The notes under the pieces: model-generated
Told to the model about the DNA's origin: nothing
Databases searched by the model: none
Seen by the model: the letters and a program-made list of their open reading frames with translations, nothing else
Made by a program: the position numbers and the translations under genes
Part shown: in pieces, positions 1 to 8,431 of the stretch
How the letters are laid out: each line of letters opens with the position of its first letter
How positions within the stretch are numbered: the first letter of the stretch is position 1
IMG/VR virus record: IMGVR_UViG_3300011441_000012
Span: 1 to 56,858 of that record
Source: a virus
Lineage: Duplodnaviria; Caudoviricetes
Strand: one strand, 5' to 3'
Length of the DNA stretch: 56,858 nucleotides

Positions 1-1980
1 GGGGGTTACGCCTTCACCCAGTTTGGATTCGGCTTGCGATTTTTCGGCTTCTTGCACAGCCTCCACTTCCGGTTTTTCAGTTCGTATCGCTTCACTTGGC
101 TTCCTTGGATTGTAAACATTCGCCGTGTTGTAGGTTCTCTCAACTCCATTCGCAGCCCTTACCGTGATTCTTGGATTCAGTTTGTAGTTTACGGTGGAAA
201 AATAATTCTCCGCTTTTACGAGAGTCCACGGAGAAGGCATGTCAGCCGGACCTCCAGCGAACCCGAGTTTAATTTGCTCTCCGGGTTTGATCGTGTTTCC
301 GTCAGCGTCGAGAAGCGAGCCTTCTTCTGTGGCTCGAATATGCGATGCGTGCTCCTGAGGTTTCACCTCCCCACCCCTGCCTTGGATTTGGGGAGGGGGT
401 TGGGATTTACCCTGCTTTTCAGCGTATGGTTTTAGCACCTCCCAATCCAGTGCGCCATTTGGAAGGTCGAAAATTCTAGGGTCTTGGCGAACTTTACGGC
501 GCTCCAAGTCAGTCATGTCAGCCCAAACTGACTCCCTCAGTTTTTCGTCTGGAGCCACCTTGGATTCAGCCACAGCCCTTAGCTCTTTCTGCTTCTTCAT
601 CGCTTCGTTGGCTGATGTAAAACGGTAGGAGTCGGCGGCGTTCGGCTCGTAACCAACAATGCGCTCTTTTCCGTATCGCGAAATCTCTTTGACGGGACGA
701 ATGCTCCCTTTGGCTATGGCTTCCTGAATTGTTATTCCGTGGGCGTCGAGAAATTCTTGTTCGGCGGGGAGGAGTTTTCGACTTCTTTTTTCTCCCGCGA
801 TAGCAGGAACTCCAACTGCCTTCGGTGCATCTCCAGCCGGGCGTGCGCTGGCTCCAGTAGCGACTTCGCCGCCAGCACGTTCTCCAGCAATTCTCCCAGC
901 GGTTGACTGCGATATATCGCGTCCACCCATTTTATCACTTCGGATAGGCTCTCCAGTTGTTGATCCAGTATCTCCAATTCGTGTTGCTTGTTCATTCGGT
1001 GGTCCTTTCACCTCCCCACCCTGCCTCTTTTCACCTGATTCTGTCAAGAGGGAAGTGGGTTGTTTCCGAATATCCGTGGTCGGGTCCACCGGCAAAGTCT
1101 CGCGCAAGCCGGATTCGGTTTGAGCGGGGGTGAGAGCCGCCGCCTCGCGTTGCGCCTCCTCGAAGGTGAACTCCTGCGGCTTGACCTCTCGCGCAACAGG
1201 CTCAATCTCACGGGTCACTGGAGCAATCCTGTCCTGCGGGGGCATCGTAGCCTCCAGCGCCCTCTGGTTCGCCAAGTCCAGCTTCGCATCCCCCTGTCGC
1301 AGGGTTTCAATCGCAGGCTCAACCTTCTTGTAACCGTGCTTGGCGGCTGCTCCAGCCCCTAGGAACGATCCAAAGGCAATCGCCGCGTCTTTGGAAGCCT
1401 TTCTCCAATCGGACTTCTGGAACGCATCCCAAGCCTCCTCGGCGCTCTGGAAGCCTGCCCGTAGCATGTCATACGTCCACTTGGCGTACACGGCAGGGGC
1501 AAGCGGTGTGGCTGCTAGTCCCATCTGAATCGCCCCCGGCCCTGACGTGAAGAAGTTAGCCACTCCACCGACCAATTCCTCCAAGCCTTCCAATCCCCCT
1601 GAAATCACCTTGGCGGGAGCGCTGGGAGCTTGCGGAACAATCGGTGGAGGCACTACCCCGCTGGTTTCGTAGTCGCTGGCAAAACGGGTTGCGTCCAGCC
1701 CTTGCTGAATCACTTCAGGAGTGATCCCAAGTTTCGGAAGTTCAACTCCGGGATGGGTTGCCACGTCGCCAAATCCTTCCTGAACGGATTCCCGGAACGT
1801 GGCGCGGGCAACGTCCATCTCAGGCAATGCTGCCCGTGGACCGCCGCGAGTGGTGGTTGTGAGGTCGGGAAGATTGCGAACGCTTGGGTCAGAGATATTC
1901 TCGAAAGAATCCTCCAGAGCCTCCTCAAACGTGAAAGTCTTGGGCGCTTCCTGAACCTCCTCGAAAGTGAAAGTTGGCAT
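1..1980 (-). CDS. Giant internal virion/ejection (polyvalent-type) protein, N-terminal part; runs off the left edge
   Basis: Absent from the ORF track. Manual translation from ATG 1980 (MPTFTFEEVQEAPKTFTFEEAL...) gives 660 open codons to position 1. It follows the other internal-protein genes and probably continues as 56858..53497. Confidence 0.8.
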   Translation of the reverse strand, partial: MPTFTFEEVQEAPKTFTFEEALEDSFENISDPSVRNLPDLTTTTRGGPRAALPEMDVARATFRESVQEGFGDVATHPGVELPKLGITPEVIQQGLDATRFASDYETSGVVPPPIVPQAPSAPAKVISGGLEGLEELVGGVANFFTSGPGAIQMGLAATPLAPAVYAKWTYDMLRAGFQSAEEAWDAFQKSDWRKASKDAAIAFGSFLGAGAAAKHGYKKVEPAIETLRQGDAKLDLANQRALEATMPPQDRIAPVTREIEPVAREVKPQEFTFEEAQREAAALTPAQTESGLRETLPVDPTTDIRKQPTSLLTESGEKRQGGEVKGPPNEQATRIGDTGSTTGEPIRSDKMGGRDISQSTAGRIAGERAGGEVATGASARPAGDAPKAVGVPAIAGEKRSRKLLPAEQEFLDAHGITIQEAIAKGSIRPVKEISRYGKERIVGYEPNAADSYRFTSANEAMKKQKELRAVAESKVAPDEKLRESVWADMTDLERRKVRQDPRIFDLPNGALDWEVLKPYAEKQGKSQPPPQIQGRGGEVKPQEHASHIRATEEGSLLDADGNTIKPGEQIKLGFAGGPADMPSPWTLVKAENYFSTVNYKLNPRITVRAANGVERTYNTANVYNPRKPSEAIRTEKPEVEAVQEAEKSQAESKLGEGVTP
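361..1026. repeat. Direct repeat pair TTTCACCTCCCCACCC(C)TGCCT at 361-382 and 1006-1026
   Basis: 16 nt are identical; the copies lie 645 nt (215 codons) apart and both encode GGEVK in the giant ORF. Confidence 0.85.
732..995 (-). CDS. Nested (overprinted) 87-aa helical/coiled-coil protein
   Basis: Leu/Glu-rich heptad-like sequence with GGAGGTGAAAGGA upstream and the TTGAC-N8-GTGAA motif 35 nt upstream. The host frame over this stretch is low-complexity G/A/T/R. Confidence 0.65.
   Translation of the reverse strand: MNKQHELEILDQQLESLSEVIKWVDAIYRSQPLGELLENVLAAKSLLEPAHARLEMHRRQLEFLLSREKKEVENSSPPNKNFSTPTE
1030..1047 (-). promoter_or_regulatory. TTGAC-N8-GTGAA motif, copy 1
   Basis: Minus strand reads TTGACagaatcagGTGAA. 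Confidence 0.75.
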
Positions 1981-1983
1981 GGT

Positions 1984-2871
1984 TCACTGGACGAATTTCT
2001 CGCCGTCCCAAGTGGCTTCGCCTCGTGGAGTAAGGTAGCGTTCGCCCTTCTTCAGTTCAGCTTTTGACTTTGGCATGGGCGGAGCAGTCTTTGCGGCTTG
2101 TTCGGAGAGCGCCGGCGCTGGAGTCGCGCCCGAAACCGGAACTTTCCGCGTCACCGTCCGCTCCCCCTGCGCTGGCATTGCCGGTTGGTAAGCCTGCGCC
2201 TTTTTGTCGGGAATTAGCCAGTCAAAGTATTCGCCGCCGCGCTGCTTGGCTGGACTCGCTGGAATCTCAGGCGTGGCTTCAGTCGCCGGTAGGGTTTCCC
2301 GGATGGTGTCCATCTGAGGTCCGGGGTTGACCAGAGTTTTGGTTTCCCCGGTCAACGGGTTGATGGAAACAACTGAGCCTCCCGGACCACTTCGGATTTG
2401 ATTCGGCTTTTGAGGGGGTGCGGCAGGCTCACGCAACACAGTGGTTGCTCCAGTCACGGGATTCACCATTGCCAACCCGCCACCGGGCAGCGACCTGACC
2501 TGATTCGCCTGCGGCTTCGCCGGCATGAACGATTTCCTCACCGTCGCCAAGTCCTTCGCATTCCTCGCAAACATATCCTCCGCGAGTCTCGCCTGAAATT
2601 CCGGCGTCAACCTATTCTCCCTCGCCGCCTGCTGATAAAGCATCCTCCCCTTGAACTGCCTCGCCGCGTCAATGTAATCGTTGGCCGCTTCGACTGCCTG
2701 AGTCGGATTCTTGGTCTGCGTGAAGAAATACTTGTACACCTCGGCCATTTGCGCCGGGGAAATGCTCTGCGATGGCATTGTGTCCTGCGCTTGAACCGGC
2801 TCGTATTCAAAGCGGGTTTCCTTGCGCTGGCCCGTTACCGGATCGAATGAAGATGTGTAGCCTTCAGCCAT
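1984..2871 (-). CDS. Probable internal virion/ejected protein with repeated 'NQVRSLPGG..VNP.TG.T' units
   Basis: 295 aa, Pro/Ala/Gln-rich, located between the tail genes and the giant gene. Confidence 0.55.
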   Translation of the reverse strand: MAEGYTSSFDPVTGQRKETRFEYEPVQAQDTMPSQSISPAQMAEVYKYFFTQTKNPTQAVEAANDYIDAARQFKGRMLYQQAARENRLTPEFQARLAEDMFARNAKDLATVRKSFMPAKPQANQVRSLPGGGLAMVNPVTGATTVLREPAAPPQKPNQIRSGPGGSVVSINPLTGETKTLVNPGPQMDTIRETLPATEATPEIPASPAKQRGGEYFDWLIPDKKAQAYQPAMPAQGERTVTRKVPVSGATPAPALSEQAAKTAPPMPKSKAELKKGERYLTPRGEATWDGEKFVQ

Positions 2872-2877
2872 AAATCC

Positions 2878-3777
2878 TTACCAGAACATTGCATCTTCCC
2901 AATCGGCGTCTGAAGCCGGTGCCGTAGAGCCATTCCACGCCCAATCAAACGGATCATCAGCCCAGTTGCTGCCGATGCTGCGTTGTCCCGTGCCGCTGCC
3001 TGTCGAGCCTGTGGATGGCGAGAACACGTCGGGTAACTGCGGTTTGAATCGCGGATCGGTTTCCGTGTAGGGAGGCTTTCCAGTGAAGCCGCCACCTCCG
3101 CCTCCACTGCCCACGCCGAAGCTACCTGAGAGGTAGGGCTGATTTCCACTGCCATTCCTCCGCCGCGCTTCATCCCAAGCAATCGCCTCGCGGGCTTCGT
3201 TGGCGCGAATCTGCTCTGACAGACTGCGATTCTGAATATCAATCTGCGCCTGCTGTTCGGGGGTTAGGACCATGTTGCCGGCGTTGTAGATTGGAGCGGC
3301 GGGATTGCGACTGGTCGCCGCCGTCAGCCAGTTCTGCCCGGTGTTTTTCATTTCCTGACTGTTTCGATCAAGCGCCTGAAAATAGCCAGCGTTAGTTGAT
3401 GGCGACCCTGTGGCAATCCCCATCTGTGCCCCACGCTCGGCTGCCGCAAGGGCAAGCCTTCTTTTATCATCTTCACTCACCACGCCCATGAGGGCGTCCC
3501 TGATATTCCCGCTGGACAGAGCTTCGAGTTCCGCGCCTTGAGGGATGCGACCCGCGTTGGCTTGTTGCTGCGAGCGTTGGTTGATCTCGTTGGCCAACTG
3601 AATAACCTGCTCAGGCGTAGCCCCACCTCCGAGGGATTGGATGGGCTTACCGATAGCACCGCCACCTCCGACTCCAGCACCAGTTCCAGTCGTCGTCGCA
3701 CGCCTGTCTCGAATGGCGCTTATCGCGTTCGGCTGAATGCCCGCTGTTCCTGTGCTCCACCAGTCTGAAAATGCCAT
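2878..3777 (-). CDS. Probable internal virion (DNA-ejection/pilot-like) protein
   Basis: Gly/Ala/Gln-rich; likely start MAFSDWW at 3777; synteny with podovirus internal proteins. Confidence 0.55.
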   Translation of the reverse strand: MAFSDWWSTGTAGIQPNAISAIRDRRATTTGTGAGVGGGGAIGKPIQSLGGGATPEQVIQLANEINQRSQQQANAGRIPQGAELEALSSGNIRDALMGVVSEDDKRRLALAAAERGAQMGIATGSPSTNAGYFQALDRNSQEMKNTGQNWLTAATSRNPAAPIYNAGNMVLTPEQQAQIDIQNRSLSEQIRANEAREAIAWDEARRRNGSGNQPYLSGSFGVGSGGGGGGFTGKPPYTETDPRFKPQLPDVFSPSTGSTGSGTGQRSIGSNWADDPFDWAWNGSTAPASDADWEDAMFW

Positions 3778-3781
3778 AATT

Positions 3782-4240
3782 TTATCCTCCAAAAAGGTCC
3801 GCGTAATTCGCTCCCAGCCCCATCCCTTGCGGGAACATGTCCTCCAAAGGATTGCCAGTTTGCACGGCAGTTTCGTTCAAGCCGGGAATGGCTTCCTTGC
3901 CCATGCCGGAGGCCATTGGTGCGGCTTGAGGGATCGGCGGGAGATTGGTTTGGCCGAGGTTCATGCTGAGCGGCTGGGTTGCATCGTAGAGACTCATCCC
4001 ATTATTTCTCGCCCAATCAATCACCGGCTGCTTGCCATGATTCAGATTAACTCCTGAAAAATCCAAGCCTCCTGGGATCGGCGGGAGGACTGGATTCTCC
4101 TGCGGGCGAGGACCGCGCCCTTCAGGGTTTGTGGTGTTCCATTGGTGCAGCAACGGGTTTTGAAGTTCCCATTGCTTTCGCGCTTTAACCTCCGCTTCAA
4201 ACTGCTTGGACAGTATTGGGTCTGGACGTAGGGAGGACAT
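3782..4240 (-). CDS. Hypothetical protein, possibly internal virion protein
   Basis: 152 aa, in operon order. Confidence 0.5.
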   Translation of the reverse strand: MSSLRPDPILSKQFEAEVKARKQWELQNPLLHQWNTTNPEGRGPRPQENPVLPPIPGGLDFSGVNLNHGKQPVIDWARNNGMSLYDATQPLSMNLGQTNLPPIPQAAPMASGMGKEAIPGLNETAVQTGNPLEDMFPQGMGLGANYADLFGG

Positions 4241-4246
4241 ATTATG

Positions 4247-4274
4247 TTGACATGCACAAGCGCATGGGCATACT
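4247..4274 (+). promoter_or_regulatory. Sigma70-like promoter of HNH gene, probably leaderless
   Basis: TTGACA-16nt-CATACT; ATG lies 6 nt after the -10 element. Confidence 0.55.
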
Positions 4275-4280
4275 CAGATT

Positions 4281-4853
4281 ATGAATGAACTCTCCAAGGC
4301 GGCGGCGATTCTCGGTCGTAAAGGTGGCAAGGCTGGAACGGGTGCGTGCAAGGCGCGACCGGACACGGCAAGCAAAGCGGCTCGCATTCGCTGGGGCACT
4401 TTCGAGGAGCGATTTTGGCACAAGGTTGACAAGCGCGGACCTGATGAATGTTGGACGTGGATTGGAGCTAGAGCGGGAGGAAGGTATGGCTCTATTTGGT
4501 TTCGCAAAAGATGCACTCCATCGAACCGCGTTTCTTGGATATTGCACAACGGAGAAATCCCCGAAGGTCTTCATGTTCTTCACAAGTGCGATAACCCGCC
4601 GTGTGTGAATCCCAACCACCTGTTTCTTGGGACTGTGAAAGACAATCTTCAGGATGCTTCCAAGAAGGGGAAGTTTTATCACAGAAAAGGTGAGGGCAAC
4701 GGCCACACAAAGGTTTCCGAGAGCGACGTAAAGAAAATCAGAGAAGCCTTCAAATCGAAGTCCAGAACACAAGTCCAACTTGCAAGTGAGTTCGGACTCA
4801 CGCAGGGTCACGTCAGTTCGATTATTAGAGGTGTTAGCTGGAGTCATGTTTAG
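4281..4853 (+). CDS. HNH homing endonuclease (HNH_3-like) with C-terminal HTH
   Basis: FW.KVDK...ECWTW, VLHKCDNPPCVNPNHLFLGT..DN motif; antisense to the late operon. Confidence 0.9.
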   Translation: MNELSKAAAILGRKGGKAGTGACKARPDTASKAARIRWGTFEERFWHKVDKRGPDECWTWIGARAGGRYGSIWFRKRCTPSNRVSWILHNGEIPEGLHVLHKCDNPPCVNPNHLFLGTVKDNLQDASKKGKFYHRKGEGNGHTKVSESDVKKIREAFKSKSRTQVQLASEFGLTQGHVSSIIRGVSWSHV

Positions 4854-5902
4854 ATGGGCTGCATTCGCATCCGGTTCGATCCAAAGATGTGGCGTTGGAT
4901 TGCAGGGTTAGACTTCCCTAAATAATGGTCGCACTGGCCAAACAGAATCCTCAACGCGCTCGCGTGCTTCTTATCGCTCAACTGCTGCGCCCCCGGAGTA
5001 TCCATGCGCCCATAACGAATACTCATGCACTCGTCAATAAGGCTTGGAATGGACATGATCCTCAAATAGTCCGAGTCACAAGTCACCGGCACAAAATCCA
5101 ATTTGCACATCGCTGAAACCTGAAGCGTGGTCGAGGTCGTCGTGCAACTGTTGCAGCAATTCTGAGGCAGGCCGTTCACGTAGTATTTACGATAGCTCGC
5201 CGTAGTCTCCGCAGGTCCCATGACCAGCAACGGCGTCTCCACTCCCGTCGTCGGATCGACCTGGAAAAATTCGACCTCGCCAAAGGTCTTCTGCTTTTGC
5301 GCTCCCGTAATCTCAGTCCACAGCACGGCGGTATCCGTGAACGGGCTGCTCAAGGTCATGCCCTCGCCCAGACCGGAGTTACCAGTGCCAGCGTCCACGA
5401 ATCGGACTACCGCGCCGTTGCTATCCTTACCTTGAATGAGACAGTGGCGGCCCACGTCGTTGGGATTACTGGCATAAGCACGCACGTACTGTGCGGTGCC
5501 AAGCAACGGCTCAAACGTGACAACCGTCTCGCGCTCAAATGCAGTAAGGGGGCCGCACGGTTCAGCGAGCGAGCCGCAGCCCTTGGGGTGGAGTCCGGGA
5601 CCGAATTGGAGGTACTCATAAAATTCGTTCTCCATCCTTACGGGATGCTTGCAGACATCCATCAAAATCACGCGAGCCACTTCCTGAGGCGTCACAATCG
5701 TCGGCTCGGCTCGTGAAACGGTGAAAGCCATCTTTGCCCATGAGCCGTACCAACCCTCATCTGGGGCGAGCGGGTCGTTGATAAGGCGTTCCATAGCCTC
5801 ATTCACGGCTGCCATAATGGAAGTAATGTCAGTCGAGCATAATCCGATGGCGCTCGGACCTCCGCTTGATCTAAAATCCAATAATCTCGGGCGTGCTGGC
5901 AC
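4850..5902 (-). CDS. Tail tubular protein A / head-tail adaptor-like protein
   Basis: 350 aa; N-terminal 'AVNEAMERL' helix typical of adaptors; position. Family call is an inference. Confidence 0.5.
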   Translation of the reverse strand: MPARPRLLDFRSSGGPSAIGLCSTDITSIMAAVNEAMERLINDPLAPDEGWYGSWAKMAFTVSRAEPTIVTPQEVARVILMDVCKHPVRMENEFYEYLQFGPGLHPKGCGSLAEPCGPLTAFERETVVTFEPLLGTAQYVRAYASNPNDVGRHCLIQGKDSNGAVVRFVDAGTGNSGLGEGMTLSSPFTDTAVLWTEITGAQKQKTFGEVEFFQVDPTTGVETPLLVMGPAETTASYRKYYVNGLPQNCCNSCTTTSTTLQVSAMCKLDFVPVTCDSDYLRIMSIPSLIDECMSIRYGRMDTPGAQQLSDKKHASALRILFGQCDHYLGKSNPAIQRHIFGSNRMRMQPI

Positions 5903-5946
5903 TTTTATCCTTGTAGTTGGTCTATGAGTGTTATATGATAATCCCT

Positions 5947-6444
5947 ATGGATAAAATCGTAAAACTTCACATTAAAATTGGTGACGCCCTTGAGAAAAGG
6001 TTTAATGCGAAGCACACCAAGAAGTCGAAGCGAGAATGCTGGCTTTGGCATGGAGCAAAGGTGGTCACTGGATACGGCTACATTATGCAGTCGAAGCGGG
6101 TTCACTTTGCACATCGCATAGCCTATTATCTTCGCCACAAAAACATAGATGAAGCTATGTGCGTTTGCCACACCTGCGACAATCGTGCCTGCGTGAATCC
6201 CGATCACTTGTTTCTTGGGACACTTAACGACAACATTCAAGACTGCATTAAAAAAGGTCGCCGCAAGTATGTGAGAGGAGAAAACACCTTTGGAGCAGTT
6301 TTCAACGAAACCGCAGTTAGAAAAATAAGGTCTGAATACATTCCACGGAAGAACGGGATGCACCGGCTTGCGAAGCAATACGGGGTTTCCAAATGCTGCA
6401 TTCGTGGAATTGTTAAGAGGGAGACTTGGCGTCATGTTGTTTAA
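5947..6444 (+). CDS. HNH homing endonuclease (HNH_3-like)
   Basis: [33 protein letters not shown]; AT-rich; TGATAAT just upstream of the ATG. Confidence 0.9.
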   Translation: MDKIVKLHIKIGDALEKRFNAKHTKKSKRECWLWHGAKVVTGYGYIMQSKRVHFAHRIAYYLRHKNIDEAMCVCHTCDNRACVNPDHLFLGTLNDNIQDCIKKGRRKYVRGENTFGAVFNETAVRKIRSEYIPRKNGMHRLAKQYGVSKCCIRGIVKRETWRHVV

Positions 6445-7409
6445 GTTGTTATCTCTCTCAATCCTATTGCCGAATTCTGAACCGCGAACGCTTTCGAGTT
6501 GGTGAAAACCACATCCACAGGGTTCTCAAAACCCGTTTTGGCTTCACCTGTGTCGGTCACTGGGTCCCAAACTATCACCGTATTTGAAGTCATACAAGGC
6601 AGATAGAGTTTCTGGGTTCCCGGAAACGGCCAGTAGCGAATTCTACAAGGGTCGGCAGATGCTTCTACTGCGCCGAGGTTCAGCGGTGTGAAAGTTCCGG
6701 GGAATGGTGTGATGGTGTCCACGCGGCACATAGTATCCGATCCGCAGACTGCGTAGAACTTCGAGGTCGAAGTGCAGTATTCCACGGCACAGGGGTTGTT
6801 TGGTAGCAGATAAACCTCGTCATCACTACTGACCGCCAGATTGGAAACTCGTAGCTGACTGTTATTCGCTGCCAAGTTGGGCGTCGGCTGCGCCACCTGC
6901 GTTGGCGAGAACGCGCATTGCTCCGGCCTGAAGCGATTGCTGCTGTTGGTGCCAATGTCCGCAAGGTTGGTGGGGTCGAAACGGCAGAATCCGTAGCGCG
7001 AGGTGGTTCCAGTATTTCCCGAGACTGGGCGCACCACGTAGAGATAAATCCCATTCGATCCAATCCACTGAAAGCCTCCGTAGGGTGGCGCATTTTCGTA
7101 GATCGCATCCATGTCAATGCGAGTTCCGACCACCATCGCCGTTGATACTGGAAATATGTTTCGGCTCAAGAATGGAGTTCCCACGGGAGGAAAAATATAA
7201 TTCACCTCCTGCATGTTGGGCTGCCAGATGGCTGAGACATACATCGAAGTCGTCGCGGCGTGATAACAGATTCGCATGTCACCCATCAGCGGTGAGGCTA
7301 CCCGGACATAATCCTCACGCCTCCCTGTCGTGCCATTGCACTGGATGACGTAAGGACCGGACACGCCGTAAATCTTTCCATCGCTGGAGCAGTAGCAGGC
7401 GTCGTTCAT
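6441..7409 (-). CDS. Beta-propeller tail/receptor-binding protein, paralog 2
   Basis: Repeated P..xxY...xKxY blades; clearly similar to 7406..8431 ([31 protein letters not shown]). Confidence 0.65.
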   Translation of the reverse strand: MNDACYCSSDGKIYGVSGPYVIQCNGTTGRREDYVRVASPLMGDMRICYHAATTSMYVSAIWQPNMQEVNYIFPPVGTPFLSRNIFPVSTAMVVGTRIDMDAIYENAPPYGGFQWIGSNGIYLYVVRPVSGNTGTTSRYGFCRFDPTNLADIGTNSSNRFRPEQCAFSPTQVAQPTPNLAANNSQLRVSNLAVSSDDEVYLLPNNPCAVEYCTSTSKFYAVCGSDTMCRVDTITPFPGTFTPLNLGAVEASADPCRIRYWPFPGTQKLYLPCMTSNTVIVWDPVTDTGEAKTGFENPVDVVFTNSKAFAVQNSAIGLREITT

Positions 7410-8431
7410 GGCAGCGTGATCTCCTTCAAAGGTTCTTCTGGCGAGTTCTGGACTGCGAACTTTTTACCATCGGGAGTGAAGACGCAATCCACGGGATTCT
7501 CGAACCCGCCTTGGTAATACCACGCCACTAGATTCGGGTCATACATCACTATAGCGTTGTCCGTCATACAGGGCATGTAGAGCAATCCATCGTAAATGTT
7601 CCAACGTATTCGGCACGGGTTTGGAGTTGGAACAGGAACAATGGCGTCTGCCGGAATCGTGATGACATCAATGTTTTCCGTGATTGGATCGTTGATGCGA
7701 TACATGGTGCCGTTCCCATCCACGCCATAGAACAATCCATCGAATGTGCAATACTCGCAGGCTACCGGATAATTTGGACCGGGGATGTCCACCTCATCAA
7801 AATCACTGTCCAAATTCCACCCAACAACAGCGTAGTAAAATCGCTCATCGAATGGGTCGGGATACATGAAGTAAGTCGCCCCAACGGCAGCCTGCTCGAT
7901 CATCCGGTTTGCGGCGTAGTTTCGGGCCTGCGTGCTGCGGTCAGCCAGATTGGTGGGGTTCACCCGTATAAACTGGATGCTCGTCGCCCCCATCCATTGG
8001 ACGTAGAGGTAATCATCCTTTGATCCAATCCACAGCGGTCCCCACGATGGATTTAATGACGCATCAAAATCACTCGTCACGAGTAGCGTGCTCACCAAGT
8101 TCAGGCGTGCTCCCACCGTCATGGTCGCTGGATCAATCGGGTACACATCCTTGTTCGGATGAGTCAGTCCAGTGTCTCCCAGATTCGGCTCGTTCCACAC
8201 TGAGGCGTAAAGCGTATCATTGGCGAGGTGATAGCAAATCCTCGCACCATTGTTCACGGGAGAAGAAATCCGAACGCTATTCTCAATCGCTCCAGTTGTT
8301 GCGTTCAACTGAATCACGTACACCCCGGAGATTCCGTAAATCTTATTCGTGCTCGCCACGTACACAGCGTCCTGAAGCGGCACTTCTCCGAGTGCGGCTT
8401 GGCTCATGGTCAATGTCTTGTAGCAGGGCAT
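7406..8431 (-). CDS. Beta-propeller tail/receptor-binding protein, paralog 1
   Basis: Same blade pattern as 6441..7409. Confidence 0.65.
   Translation of the reverse strand: MPCYKTLTMSQAALGEVPLQDAVYVASTNKIYGISGVYVIQLNATTGAIENSVRISSPVNNGARICYHLANDTLYASVWNEPNLGDTGLTHPNKDVYPIDPATMTVGARLNLVSTLLVTSDFDASLNPSWGPLWIGSKDDYLYVQWMGATSIQFIRVNPTNLADRSTQARNYAANRMIEQAAVGATYFMYPDPFDERFYYAVVGWNLDSDFDEVDIPGPNYPVACEYCTFDGLFYGVDGNGTMYRINDPITENIDVITIPADAIVPVPTPNPCRIRWNIYDGLLYMPCMTDNAIVMYDPNLVAWYYQGGFENPVDCVFTPDGKKFAVQNSPEEPLKEITLP

Noticed and set aside
34-2067. Several plus-strand ORFs listed in the track
   Set aside because: They lie antisense to the unlisted 660-codon minus-strand ORF.
4242-6435. Minus-strand ORFs 4242-4847 and 5905-6435 that resemble each other
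   Set aside because: Their similarity is the antisense image of the two HNH genes. A role in preserving operon coupling cannot be fully excluded.
6441-8431. Diversity-generating retroelement template/variable repeat pair
   Set aside because: No reverse transcriptase; the paralogs are divergent throughout rather than adenine-specific.
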